This document shows positions 26,855 through 36,198 of a stretch of 64,000 nt of DNA, in pieces (position 1 is the first letter of the stretch; every line of letters begins with the position of its first letter). Source of the DNA: an uncultured Candidatus Saccharibacteria bacterium (GTDB lineage: Bacteria; Patescibacteriota; Minisyncoccia; Phycocordibacterales; DATDWN01); assembly GCA_964608465.1 (NCBI GenBank), contig CAZSNI010000002.1:23273-87272 (forward strand), written 5' to 3'. The notes beneath the pieces are model-generated. The model was not told where the DNA came from. It saw nothing but the letters and a program-made list of their open reading frames with translations, and ran no database searches. Made by a program: the position numbers and the translations under genes.

Positions 26855-27937
26855 ATGAATAAAAATAAGAAAGTCTTTGTGGGGGTTTCGGGAGGAGTAG
26901 ACTCTTCTGTTTCTTTGGCGTTGTTACAGAAAGAAGGTTTTGATGTTACGGGAGTATTTTTGAAGGTTTGGTATCCGGACTTTATGCCTTGTGATTGGAA
27001 AGAGGAAAGACTTTCGGCTATGCGAGTGTGCGCAACTCTCAACGTTCCTTTTATTACTATTGATTGTGAAAAGGAATACAAACAAGAAGTAGTGGACTAC
27101 ATGATACGAGAGTACAGAGAAGGCAGAGTGCCTAATCCGGATGTTTTTTGTAACAAATATGTAAAGTTCGGTGTTTTCTTGGATAAAGCGAAAGAAATGG
27201 GTGCTGACTATGTTGCTACTGGACACTATGCTCAGGTTTTTGAAAAAGAAGGAAAATTCGTTCTTAGCGAGTCTAATGACAAGGAAAAAGATCAAAGTTA
27301 CTTCTTGTATACTCTAAATCAGGAGCAACTCAGTCACACGATGTTCCCGGTAGGGCATCTTACAAAACCAGAAGTGCGAAAGCTCGCAGAAGATTTTAAA
27401 CTGCCTACAGCAACAAAAAAAGATAGTCAGGGACTTTGTTTTATGGGTAATATTGATATTAAAGAGTTTTTATCTCATTTTATAGAGCCAAAGAGGGGAG
27501 ATGTCTTGAATGATCAAGGAGAAATTATTGGTTTTCATGAAGGTTCACAGTTCTTAACTATCGGACAAAGACATGGATTTACAATAACCCAAAAATCTCC
27601 GGAGGATCCTAGATTTTTTGTAATTAAAAAAGATTTGGATAAAAATACAGTAACTGTCGCTAGTAAAGCACACGAAGGTGATAAGGTTACAAGCATTAGA
27701 AGTTTTGTAGTTAAGAATCTGCACTTTATATCTGGAGCTGAGCCCAAATTTCCTCTAAAGACTACTGTCAGAATAAGGTACAGGCAAGAAAAAACCTTTT
27801 GTGTCATAAATAAAGCTGAAAATGTATTTGAAATTTCATTTGAGTCACCTCAGAATGCAATTGCTGTTGGTCAGTCTGCAGTTTTCTATGACGTTGACAC
27901 TTGCCTGGGCGGTGGAATCATCGAAAAAACAAACTAA
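26855..27937 (+). CDS. mnmA: tRNA-specific 2-thiouridylase MnmA
   Basis: PP-loop VGVSGGVDSSV, NPDVFCN, and KDQSYFL. Confidence 0.9.
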   Translation: MNKNKKVFVGVSGGVDSSVSLALLQKEGFDVTGVFLKVWYPDFMPCDWKEERLSAMRVCATLNVPFITIDCEKEYKQEVVDYMIREYREGRVPNPDVFCNKYVKFGVFLDKAKEMGADYVATGHYAQVFEKEGKFVLSESNDKEKDQSYFLYTLNQEQLSHTMFPVGHLTKPEVRKLAEDFKLPTATKKDSQGLCFMGNIDIKEFLSHFIEPKRGDVLNDQGEIIGFHEGSQFLTIGQRHGFTITQKSPEDPRFFVIKKDLDKNTVTVASKAHEGDKVTSIRSFVVKNLHFISGAEPKFPLKTTVRIRYRQEKTFCVINKAENVFEISFESPQNAIAVGQSAVFYDVDTCLGGGIIEKTN

Positions 27938-27978
27938 TTTTGCTCGAATAAGTTTATATGAGATAATGTCCTGTATAT

Positions 27979-28806
27979 ATGGGACCAATCTATGTAGTAA
28001 AAGCCGACGGAACAAAAGAACTTTTTGATGTTGAAAAGCTTGAGCGTTCACTTAAAAAAGCCGGCGCTTCAAGTAAAACAGTAGCTGAAATAATCGAACA
28101 CACAAAGGCACACCTTACTTCAGAAATCAGTACTCACGATTTGTATAAGCACGCTTTTGATTTACTTCATAAAGAAGAAAAGCCTATAGCACTTAAGTAC
28201 TCTTTAAAACGAGCAATTATGGAGCTCGGTCCCTCAGGTTTTCCGTTTGAAGACTTTGTTGCAGAGATATTTAGACAAAAAGGCTATACAGCTGAAACCG
28301 GCAAAATTGTTCGTGGTTTTTGTGTAGAACACGAAGTGGATGTGGTGGCGTGGAATGAAGATAAACTAATAATGGTAGAGGCCAAGTTTCATAATGAACT
28401 TGGAATTAAATCCGACCTCAAGATCGCACTCTATGTTAAAGCTCGTTTTGATGACTTGAGAAAAATGACTTTTAGATATGGAAAAGAAAGGCAGTTGGAT
28501 GAGGGTTGGCTTGTTACAAATACAAAATTTACCTCAACGGCTATTGAATACGGTTCTTGTCAAGGTGGGCTTCGAATGATCGGCTGGAACTATCCACCAG
28601 TCGGAAATCTTCACGACATGATACTCGAGTCTAAGCTTCATCCACTAACATGTTTACTTTCATTAAATGGTAGAGAAAAGAAGTTTCTACTAGAGAAAGG
28701 TGTTGTGCTCTGTAAAACTATTCTACTTAATCCTGACTTACTGCTTGAACTTGGTTTTAATTCTTCTAAAACACAGAAAGTTATCGAAGAAATAGAATCA
28801 CTCTAA
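27979..28806 (+). CDS. ATP-cone domain fused to a restriction-endonuclease-like (Mrr/PD-(D/E)xK-type) domain (275 aa)
   Basis: N-terminal IYVVKADGTKELFDVEKLERSLKKAG is ATP-cone-like. Later FEDFVAEIFRQKGY...EVDVVAW...MVEAKF resembles the Mrr catalytic core. Confidence 0.55.
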   Translation: MGPIYVVKADGTKELFDVEKLERSLKKAGASSKTVAEIIEHTKAHLTSEISTHDLYKHAFDLLHKEEKPIALKYSLKRAIMELGPSGFPFEDFVAEIFRQKGYTAETGKIVRGFCVEHEVDVVAWNEDKLIMVEAKFHNELGIKSDLKIALYVKARFDDLRKMTFRYGKERQLDEGWLVTNTKFTSTAIEYGSCQGGLRMIGWNYPPVGNLHDMILESKLHPLTCLLSLNGREKKFLLEKGVVLCKTILLNPDLLLELGFNSSKTQKVIEEIESL

Positions 28807-28808
28807 AT

Positions 28809-29417
28809 ATGAAAAAGAAAGTTGGTAAAAAAGTTACAAGTGAGTACAAAGACATCGCTAATTTTTTGTTTGAAGTTGGGATGCTAGCAAGAACACCCAG
28901 AAGTGGTTTTCATTTTTTAGGTACCGGTAAGCAGTCTGTTGCAGAACATGTTAACCGCACTGTTTTTATTGCATATACACTGGCTCAACTAGACGGAACT
29001 GTGGATACTTTGAAAGTTTTGAAAATGGCACTACTTCACGACATTTCAGAAACTCGCATTTCAGACTTAAATCATATTCATCAAAAATATGTAGAAAGAA
29101 AGGAACATAGTGCGGTACAAGACATCTCTGATTCTGTTCCTTTTGGAGTAGATATTTTAAACACACTAGGCGAGTATGAAAAAAGAGAGTCAAAAGAATC
29201 AATTTTAGTAAAAGACTCTGATATTCTTGAGTGGATAATATCACTAAAGGAGGAGATAGACATAGGCAACACTAGGGCTTTTGATAGAATAGACTACGCA
29301 ATAAGTTTATTAAAAACTCCAATTGCAAGGAAAATTGCAGGTACTATAATGACCACTGAGTCCAGTGATTGGTGGTCACCCGAAGATTCAGTTATTAGAA
29401 AGAAAAAATATCTTTAA
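28809..29417 (+). CDS. HD-domain phosphohydrolase (YfbR-like 5'-nucleotidase family)
   Basis: RSGFHFLG..SVAEHVNRT...ALLHDISETRISDL contains the H...HD motifs. Confidence 0.7.
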   Translation: MKKKVGKKVTSEYKDIANFLFEVGMLARTPRSGFHFLGTGKQSVAEHVNRTVFIAYTLAQLDGTVDTLKVLKMALLHDISETRISDLNHIHQKYVERKEHSAVQDISDSVPFGVDILNTLGEYEKRESKESILVKDSDILEWIISLKEEIDIGNTRAFDRIDYAISLLKTPIARKIAGTIMTTESSDWWSPEDSVIRKKKYL

Positions 29418-29421
29418 TTGT

Positions 29422-30033
29422 ATGACTTTAACACTAGAAGAAAAATTTGTGAAAATGCAGGAAGTTAGAGATGACATTTTGCAATTAAAGGAGTCTCCTC
29501 TGTACGAATATAGAGTTTCTAATAAGTATTTTCCAGTAGTAGGTGAGGGTAGTCATACCGCACATATATTGTTTATAGGAGAATCCCCTGGGAAAAATGA
29601 AGCGGAAACAGGCAGACCTTTTTGTGGTAAATCCGGAAAAGTTTTAGACAACATGCTTGAGTCTATTCACCTAAACAGAAGTGACGTGTATATTACAAAT
29701 ATAGTTAAGGATAGACCTCAAGAAAATAGAGACCCTACTGCAGAAGAAATTAAAATGTACGCACCATTTTTGGACAGACAGATCCAAATCATTCAACCCC
29801 AAGTTATCGCTACTCTAGGGAGGTTTTCAATGGATTACATTATGAACAAGTTCGGCCTGGTAGACCAAATAGGCACTATAGGTGAGCTACACGGCAAGGA
29901 ATTCATAGCCAAAACAGATTATGGCCCAGTGGTCATCATACCCCTTTACCACCCGGCTGTGGCCCTGTATGATGGCTCAAATAAGGAAACTATCCTTAAA
30001 GACTTCCAGGTACTAACTAAATACATAAAATAA
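29422..30033 (+). CDS. udg: Uracil-DNA glycosylase, family 4 (203 aa from ATG 29422)
   Basis: ILFIGESPGKNEAETGRPFCGKSGKVL and the C-terminal PLYHPA motif. Confidence 0.8.
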   Translation: MTLTLEEKFVKMQEVRDDILQLKESPLYEYRVSNKYFPVVGEGSHTAHILFIGESPGKNEAETGRPFCGKSGKVLDNMLESIHLNRSDVYITNIVKDRPQENRDPTAEEIKMYAPFLDRQIQIIQPQVIATLGRFSMDYIMNKFGLVDQIGTIGELHGKEFIAKTDYGPVVIIPLYHPAVALYDGSNKETILKDFQVLTKYIK

Positions 30034-30035
30034 AT

Positions 30036-31811
30036 ATGGCCAAGAATACTGCAAAAGGAATTAAAACAGAGTGGGATCTGGGTTTGTTATACAAGTCACC
30101 AAATGACCTACAAATAGACAAGGATATTGATGCTGCAGAAAAAGCATACACTGCTTTTGCTAAAAAATATTCCAAAAATTCAAAGTACTTAAATTCTGAT
30201 GTTGAACTTTCTAAAGCATTAAAAGATTATGAATATTTAAGTGCACTTCCTGCATCAAAAGCTGCATTCTATTTGCATTTAGCAGGAGACATTAATAGTT
30301 TTGACGAAAAGATAAAATCTAAAGCTAATTTAGTATCACAAAGACTTCAGAAAATTGGCAACTTAGTTTTATTCTTTGACATAAACCTTGCTAAAGTTCC
30401 CGCAAAGCAGCAAAAAGTTTTTTTAGGTAGTAAGAAGTTAGAAAAGTATAAGTACTTTCTTAAGAAGATATTTGAAAATAGTAAGTATTTGTTAACCGAG
30501 CCTGAGGAAAAAATATTGTCACTGAAATCCCTTACATCTAGTGGTATGTGGACTAAAGCAGTTGGAAACATAAAAAGTAAGAAAACTGTAGAGCACAAGG
30601 GCAAACAAATTTCGCTACCTGAAGCCGAGTCAACAATTAAAGAGCTTCCTTCTCAAAAGGAAAGATTTGATTTGCAAAACAAAGTGATGGAAGTTTACCA
30701 CTCTATAGCTGAAATTGCGGAGAGTGAACTTAATGCAATCGTTACTGATAAGAAAATCAATGATGAGCTAAGAGGTTTTAAAGAGGCCTATGACTCAACA
30801 ATTAAATCCTATGATAATGACCGAAGTACAGTTTTGAACCTAGTTCAGACTGTTTCAGAGAATTTCAAAATTTCTCATAAATTTTACAAACTTAAAGCAA
30901 AAATGCTTAAAGTTAACAAAATCAACTATTCTGACCGAGCTGTTCCAGTTGGAAAAACATATTCAAAATATACATATGAGACTTCGTACAAAGTTTTGTA
31001 TGAATTGTTTACCAAAATTGACCCAAAATTTGGTGAAATACTAAAGACATTTGTTGAAAATGGTCAAATAGACGCGCATCCAAAAGTTGGAAAAAGAGGC
31101 GGTGCTTATTGTTCGCCTCATTACAATGCACCAACATTCGTAATGCTAAACCACACTGACACAATGTACTCACTATCTACTTTCGCCCACGAAATGGGGC
31201 ATGCGATACACACAGAGTTTACAAAGACTCAACCGGTTTTTTACAGTGACTACTCAATGTCAACAGCAGAAGTAGCAAGTACGCTTTTTGAGTATTTCTT
31301 GTTTTATGATCTGTTTGAAAGAATGTCAGATGAAGAAAAAATTATTGCACTACACGATAAAATCCAAGACGATATCGCTACGATATTTAGACAGGTTGCT
31401 TGCTTTAATTACGAGCTGGAGATGCACAATACAATCAGAAAGACAGGAAATATGTCTAAAGAGGATCTTGCAAGTACAATGAACAAGCATATGAAAAGCT
31501 ATATGGGTGATGTTAACTTTGGAGATAAAGACGGATATTTCTTTGTTGGATGGCCGCATCTTAGATTTTTCTTCTATGTTTACTCATATGCATTTGGACA
31601 ACTAACAAGTAAAGTTCTTTATCAAAAATACAAAGAGGATAAAAACTATATAGAGAAGATCAAGCAATTCCTTTCTACAGGAAGTTCAATGTCACCAGAA
31701 GATACTTTTAAGGCAATAGGTCTAGATTTAAAAAACCCAGAGTTCTGGAAGAATGGAATGAAGGAAATTGAAAATGATATTAAGACTCTAGAAAAACTAA
31801 TTAACAAATAG
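30036..31811 (+). CDS. pepF: Oligoendopeptidase F (M3 family)
   Basis: 591 aa with zinc motif HEMGHAIH. Confidence 0.8.
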   Translation: MAKNTAKGIKTEWDLGLLYKSPNDLQIDKDIDAAEKAYTAFAKKYSKNSKYLNSDVELSKALKDYEYLSALPASKAAFYLHLAGDINSFDEKIKSKANLVSQRLQKIGNLVLFFDINLAKVPAKQQKVFLGSKKLEKYKYFLKKIFENSKYLLTEPEEKILSLKSLTSSGMWTKAVGNIKSKKTVEHKGKQISLPEAESTIKELPSQKERFDLQNKVMEVYHSIAEIAESELNAIVTDKKINDELRGFKEAYDSTIKSYDNDRSTVLNLVQTVSENFKISHKFYKLKAKMLKVNKINYSDRAVPVGKTYSKYTYETSYKVLYELFTKIDPKFGEILKTFVENGQIDAHPKVGKRGGAYCSPHYNAPTFVMLNHTDTMYSLSTFAHEMGHAIHTEFTKTQPVFYSDYSMSTAEVASTLFEYFLFYDLFERMSDEEKIIALHDKIQDDIATIFRQVACFNYELEMHNTIRKTGNMSKEDLASTMNKHMKSYMGDVNFGDKDGYFFVGWPHLRFFFYVYSYAFGQLTSKVLYQKYKEDKNYIEKIKQFLSTGSSMSPEDTFKAIGLDLKNPEFWKNGMKEIENDIKTLEKLINK

Positions 31812-31812
31812 T

Positions 31813-33030
31813 ATGTCTTATGTTCCATCCCAGAAAGTGCTTGAAAAGTACGCTAAAGTATTTGTAAACTTTGCACTTAATAGCGGGAAGGGTATTAAAA
31901 AGGGAGATACAGTCGTAGTGGTAGGATCAGAAGTCTCTAAACCACTTTATATAGAGATATTAAAAGCCATTTGGAAATCTGGTGGAAACGTAATTGAAAG
32001 ATATTCAGCCAATAATAACGAAACATTTAAATTTGATAGATATTTTTATGAAAATGCTAGTAAGGAACAGCTTGCTTTTTTTCCTGCAAAACTAATTAAG
32101 GGGCAAGTGGACGACGCAGATCATTATTTGAAGATTATTGCTGATACTGATCTTAAGTCTCTGGAAGGTATAGATTCAAAAAAAATAATGTTGAAGAATA
32201 AAACTTCTAAACTAGAGATGAAGTGGAGAGAACAAAAAGAGATTTCTGGCAAACTTACATGGACATTGGGTCTGTATGGGACGGAGGCTATGGCAAAGGA
32301 AGCAAATTTGAGCATAGAAGAATACTGGAATCAAATAATTAAAGCATGCTACTTAGACAAAAAAGATCCAATCAAAGAATGGAAGAATCTTTTTAAACTA
32401 ATTGAGAACTATCGAAGCAAGTTGAACAAACTTAAAATAGATCAAGTGCATATGAAGGGGCCAGATGTTGATCTGTGGATAAAAATTGGTGAAAAAAGAT
32501 CTTGGTTTGGTGGAAGTGGTAGAAACATCCCGAGCTTTGAAATATTTACTTCTCCAGACTGGAGAGGAACAAATGGATGGATAAAATTTAGCGAACCTTT
32601 GTACAGGTATGGAAACCTTATTGAAGGCATAGAACTAACTTTCAAAGATGGTTGCGTTGTAAAATCTAAAGCATCAAAAAATGAAAAAGTATTGAAGGCA
32701 ATGATCGCCACGGAAAATGCAAATAAGGTGGGGGAGTATTCGTTGACTGATAAAAGATTCTCTCGCATCACCAAGTTTATGGCAGAAACACTGTATGACG
32801 AAAATGTTGGTGGCCCAAATGGAAATAGTCATATTGCCCTTGGAAGTGCATACAAAGATTGTTATGAAGGAGATCCAAGTAAAGTTTCTGAAGAGGAATG
32901 GATCAGACTTGGGTACAATACATCATCTGTGCATACGGACATTGTTTCCACAACTCCTAGAACTGTTACGGCCCACCTTAAAAAGGGTAAGCAAGTGATA
33001 ATATATAAAAATGGGCAATTTGTGATATAA
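31813..33030 (+). CDS. Aminopeptidase, M29 (AmpS/PepS-like) family
   Basis: 405 aa. N-terminal LEKYAKVFVNFALNSGKGIKKGDTVVV and overall length fit M29. Confidence 0.65.
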   Translation: MSYVPSQKVLEKYAKVFVNFALNSGKGIKKGDTVVVVGSEVSKPLYIEILKAIWKSGGNVIERYSANNNETFKFDRYFYENASKEQLAFFPAKLIKGQVDDADHYLKIIADTDLKSLEGIDSKKIMLKNKTSKLEMKWREQKEISGKLTWTLGLYGTEAMAKEANLSIEEYWNQIIKACYLDKKDPIKEWKNLFKLIENYRSKLNKLKIDQVHMKGPDVDLWIKIGEKRSWFGGSGRNIPSFEIFTSPDWRGTNGWIKFSEPLYRYGNLIEGIELTFKDGCVVKSKASKNEKVLKAMIATENANKVGEYSLTDKRFSRITKFMAETLYDENVGGPNGNSHIALGSAYKDCYEGDPSKVSEEEWIRLGYNTSSVHTDIVSTTPRTVTAHLKKGKQVIIYKNGQFVI

Positions 33031-33032
33031 AT

Positions 33033-34793
33033 ATGAATATGGATTCAAAAGAAATACGTCATAGATTTCTAAAGTTTTTTGAAGAAAGGGGACACGCTAT
33101 TATCCCTTCGGCTTCGTTGGTGCCTGAGAATGACCCAAGTGTTCTATTCAACACCGCTGGTATGCAGCCACTTGTGCCGTATCTGCTCGGACAAGAGCAC
33201 CCAAAGGGTAAGCGCTTAGCTGATATTCAAAAATGCGTAAGAACAAATGATATTGATGAGGTAGGAGATAACACCCACCTGACTTTTTTTGAAATGATGG
33301 GGAACTGGTCACTAGGCGACTACTGGAAAAGTGAATCAATAAACTGGAGTTTCGATCTACTTACAAATAAAGACTACGGTTTTGGACTTGATCCACAAAG
33401 ACTTTATGTTACTTGTTTTGAAGGTGACGAAAACGCACCGCGAGACACAGAATCGGAAGTAATCTGGAGAGAAATTTTCTCAAAGCATGGAGTAACAGGA
33501 GAAAGAATATACTTTAGACCAAAAGAGAAAAACTGGTGGTCTGCTGGCCCAAACGGCCCTTGTGGCCCTGATACGGAAATGTTCTACGACCTTACTGGAG
33601 AACTTAATTCTGGGATGTCTCTAGATGAATATCTAAAAGCTGATGATGAGCAAAGAGTTGTAGAGATATGGAACAACGTTTTTATGCAGTTTCTGTCTAA
33701 AGATGGCAAAGTTGTAAGTGAACTTCCGAACAAAAATGTAGATACAGGCGCAGGCTTTGAAAGAATGGTGGCAGTGGTGCAGGGTAAAAGGAGTGTTTTT
33801 GAAACAGATATGTTTGTAGATGTTTTAAGTTTAACATCTTCACTTACTAGTAATTCTAAATCTCAAAGAATAATTGCAGACCATTTCAGAACGGCAGTAT
33901 TTATGATTGCAGACGGAGTAACACCTTCTAATACAGACAGAGGATACATACTACGTAGACTTTTAAGAAGAGCTGTGATTAAAACCGAAAAAAGATACAT
34001 AGATACACTGGCAGTATCTGAACTAGTTGATACATTTGCAAGTAAGTACGGAACTGGTTACCCAGAAATACTCAAAAATAAAGATTACATTATTAAAACT
34101 GTTAATGATGAATTAACAAAGTTTTCAAAGACACTAGAAGACGGCATTAAACAGTTCGAAAAAGGCGAAGATCCATTTGTTCTGTTTACTACATATGGTT
34201 TTCCACTAGAAATTACAAAAGAACTGGCTAAAGAAAAGGGGATTGAAATAAACGAAGAGAAATTCAAGGAGGATTTTAACAAGCATCAGGAACTTTCTCG
34301 CTCTGGATCAGAACAAAAGTTTAAAGGAGGACTTTCTGGTACTGGTGAAATGGAAACAAAATACCACACAGCAACTCATTTACTACACCAAGCCTTAAGA
34401 GATGTTTTGGGAGAGCCAGTTTCTCAAAAAGGAAGCAATATTACCTCTGAAAGACTTCGATTCGACTTCGCTTTCGAAAGAAAACTTACCGACGATGAGA
34501 AAAATAGGGTTGAACTACTCGTAAATGAAAAAATTGCTCTAAAGCTTCCAGTAAACAAGATTGTAATGAAGAAAGATGAGGCGGAGAAAACAGGTGCACT
34601 TCACTTTTTTGGAGAAAAGTATCCTGATGAAGTAAATGTGTACTATATTGGAGACAGTTTAGAAAGCGCTTACTCAAAAGAGTTTTGTGGAGGGCCACAC
34701 GTAGAAAACACTGGCGTACTAGGAACTTTTAAGATTCAGAAAGAAGAGGCGGTATCGGCAGGTGTAAGAAGAATAAAAGCCATACTAAATTAG
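33033..34793 (+). CDS. alaS: Alanine--tRNA ligase, short form (586 aa, no C-Ala domain)
   Basis: FLKFFEERGH, FNTAGMQP, GNWSLGDYWK, and the second-domain motif HTATHLLHQAL. Confidence 0.85.
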   Translation: MNMDSKEIRHRFLKFFEERGHAIIPSASLVPENDPSVLFNTAGMQPLVPYLLGQEHPKGKRLADIQKCVRTNDIDEVGDNTHLTFFEMMGNWSLGDYWKSESINWSFDLLTNKDYGFGLDPQRLYVTCFEGDENAPRDTESEVIWREIFSKHGVTGERIYFRPKEKNWWSAGPNGPCGPDTEMFYDLTGELNSGMSLDEYLKADDEQRVVEIWNNVFMQFLSKDGKVVSELPNKNVDTGAGFERMVAVVQGKRSVFETDMFVDVLSLTSSLTSNSKSQRIIADHFRTAVFMIADGVTPSNTDRGYILRRLLRRAVIKTEKRYIDTLAVSELVDTFASKYGTGYPEILKNKDYIIKTVNDELTKFSKTLEDGIKQFEKGEDPFVLFTTYGFPLEITKELAKEKGIEINEEKFKEDFNKHQELSRSGSEQKFKGGLSGTGEMETKYHTATHLLHQALRDVLGEPVSQKGSNITSERLRFDFAFERKLTDDEKNRVELLVNEKIALKLPVNKIVMKKDEAEKTGALHFFGEKYPDEVNVYYIGDSLESAYSKEFCGGPHVENTGVLGTFKIQKEEAVSAGVRRIKAILN

Positions 34794-34900
34794 TAAAATC
34801 ACCCCATCTTCATCGTTGCTGTTCAATTTTGCTCGTTCACCTTACTATTTGTAAGGCTTACTCACAAAATCTCCAGCGCCTTGAATCTGAAGTAATTTTA
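34794..34900 (+). repeat. ~107-nt imperfect-palindromic intergenic element, copy R1 (starts right after the alaS stop)
   Basis: Core CTCGTTCACCTTACTATTTGTAAGGCTTACTCA matches the reverse complement of 53899-54002. Terminal inverted pairing TAAAATCAC / GTAATTTTA. Confidence 0.65.
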
Positions 34901-34931
34901 TTAATTTACTAGAGGTGATAGAATATTAAAT

Positions 34932-36131
34932 ATGTTTTCTATTCTCAACTCTAACAAAGAACAAGTAGCTATTTTGATTGATATTGGGAATGGTAGCACT
35001 ACAGGCAGTGTTGTTGTTTATTCTAAAGATGCAAAACCTAAGTTTATCTATGTAGTAAAAAAGTTTTTTGTTATCAGTGACAAAGTGGATGGTTTAAAGC
35101 TAGAGGCAGAAATGAATTCTCTTTTGGAGCAAATGTTGGCAATACTCACTCAGAAGAGTTTTGAGCACAAGTATTGGCAAGGTAAGAAGAAAAAATTCGA
35201 CAAGATTCTCATTTCATTCTCTTCACCATGGTTTATTTCTAAGACTAAGAATATTCATTTAGAAAAAGACAAGGAATTTGTAATTTCTAAGAACTTTTTA
35301 GACGGAATAATGAATCAGGAGGTGGAGGTGTTAAAGAATGAACTGCACACTCAGAATCCAGAAGAAACTTTTGAAGTTATCGAGAGAAGTATTGTTCATA
35401 GCAAGATTAACGGCTATACACTGGATGATGCTATAGGTAAAAATACAAAGTCTTTCGATGCATCGCTGTATATGTCTGTTGTTAGCGATAACTTTATAGA
35501 AAAAATATTAGAAAATTTATACAAACACACCCACGTAACACATGACAATGTTTTAATTAACACTTTTCCTTTAATATCCTTTACTGTCATCCGAGATCTT
35601 TTTACAAAAGAGCAGAATTTTATAATTATGGATGTAACTGGTGAAGTAACTGACGTAACTATGGTAAAAGGGGATATTATCGTAGATACAGTCAGCATCC
35701 CTTCTGGAAGAAACTTTATAATTAGACAGATATCAAAAAACTTTAATGTATCTACTGAGATAGCGGAATCAACTCTAAAACTTTTCTTGTCTAAAAAACT
35801 AGAAGATGCAACGAGCAATCAGATGTCGGAACTCATGGTATCTGTGGAGAAGGAGTGGTCTATTTATTTTGAAAACGCTCTAACCGAACTAGCTCCAGAT
35901 ATGAACCTACCAAGCACGATGTTTCTAACTGCAGAAGGAGACACAGCGGACATTTATGTAGATTTTCTAAATATGCCTAAAACTGACACGACGAGTATCT
36001 TCAGAAAGAATTTAAAACTAAACTATATTAACCTTGAGAAAACGTCTTCTTTCTATGTAAATGAATCTGGCTTTGCTTTAGATGAATTTATTGTTTTGAT
36101 TGCTTTGTTTTACAAGAAAATCTCAAACTAG
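34932..36131 (+). CDS. Hypothetical protein, possibly actin-like ATPase fold (FtsA/PilM-like), 399 aa
   Basis: N-terminal VAILIDIGNGSTTGSVVVY resembles the phosphate-1 motif of actin-like ATPases. Otherwise unassigned. Confidence 0.45.
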   Translation: MFSILNSNKEQVAILIDIGNGSTTGSVVVYSKDAKPKFIYVVKKFFVISDKVDGLKLEAEMNSLLEQMLAILTQKSFEHKYWQGKKKKFDKILISFSSPWFISKTKNIHLEKDKEFVISKNFLDGIMNQEVEVLKNELHTQNPEETFEVIERSIVHSKINGYTLDDAIGKNTKSFDASLYMSVVSDNFIEKILENLYKHTHVTHDNVLINTFPLISFTVIRDLFTKEQNFIIMDVTGEVTDVTMVKGDIIVDTVSIPSGRNFIIRQISKNFNVSTEIAESTLKLFLSKKLEDATSNQMSELMVSVEKEWSIYFENALTELAPDMNLPSTMFLTAEGDTADIYVDFLNMPKTDTTSIFRKNLKLNYINLEKTSSFYVNESGFALDEFIVLIALFYKKISN

Positions 36132-36198
36132 TTTGCATTTGAAATTATCCACGTTTGTTAAATTTGCAAAAGACAGTGTTTGAGTTACAATTAAACAG

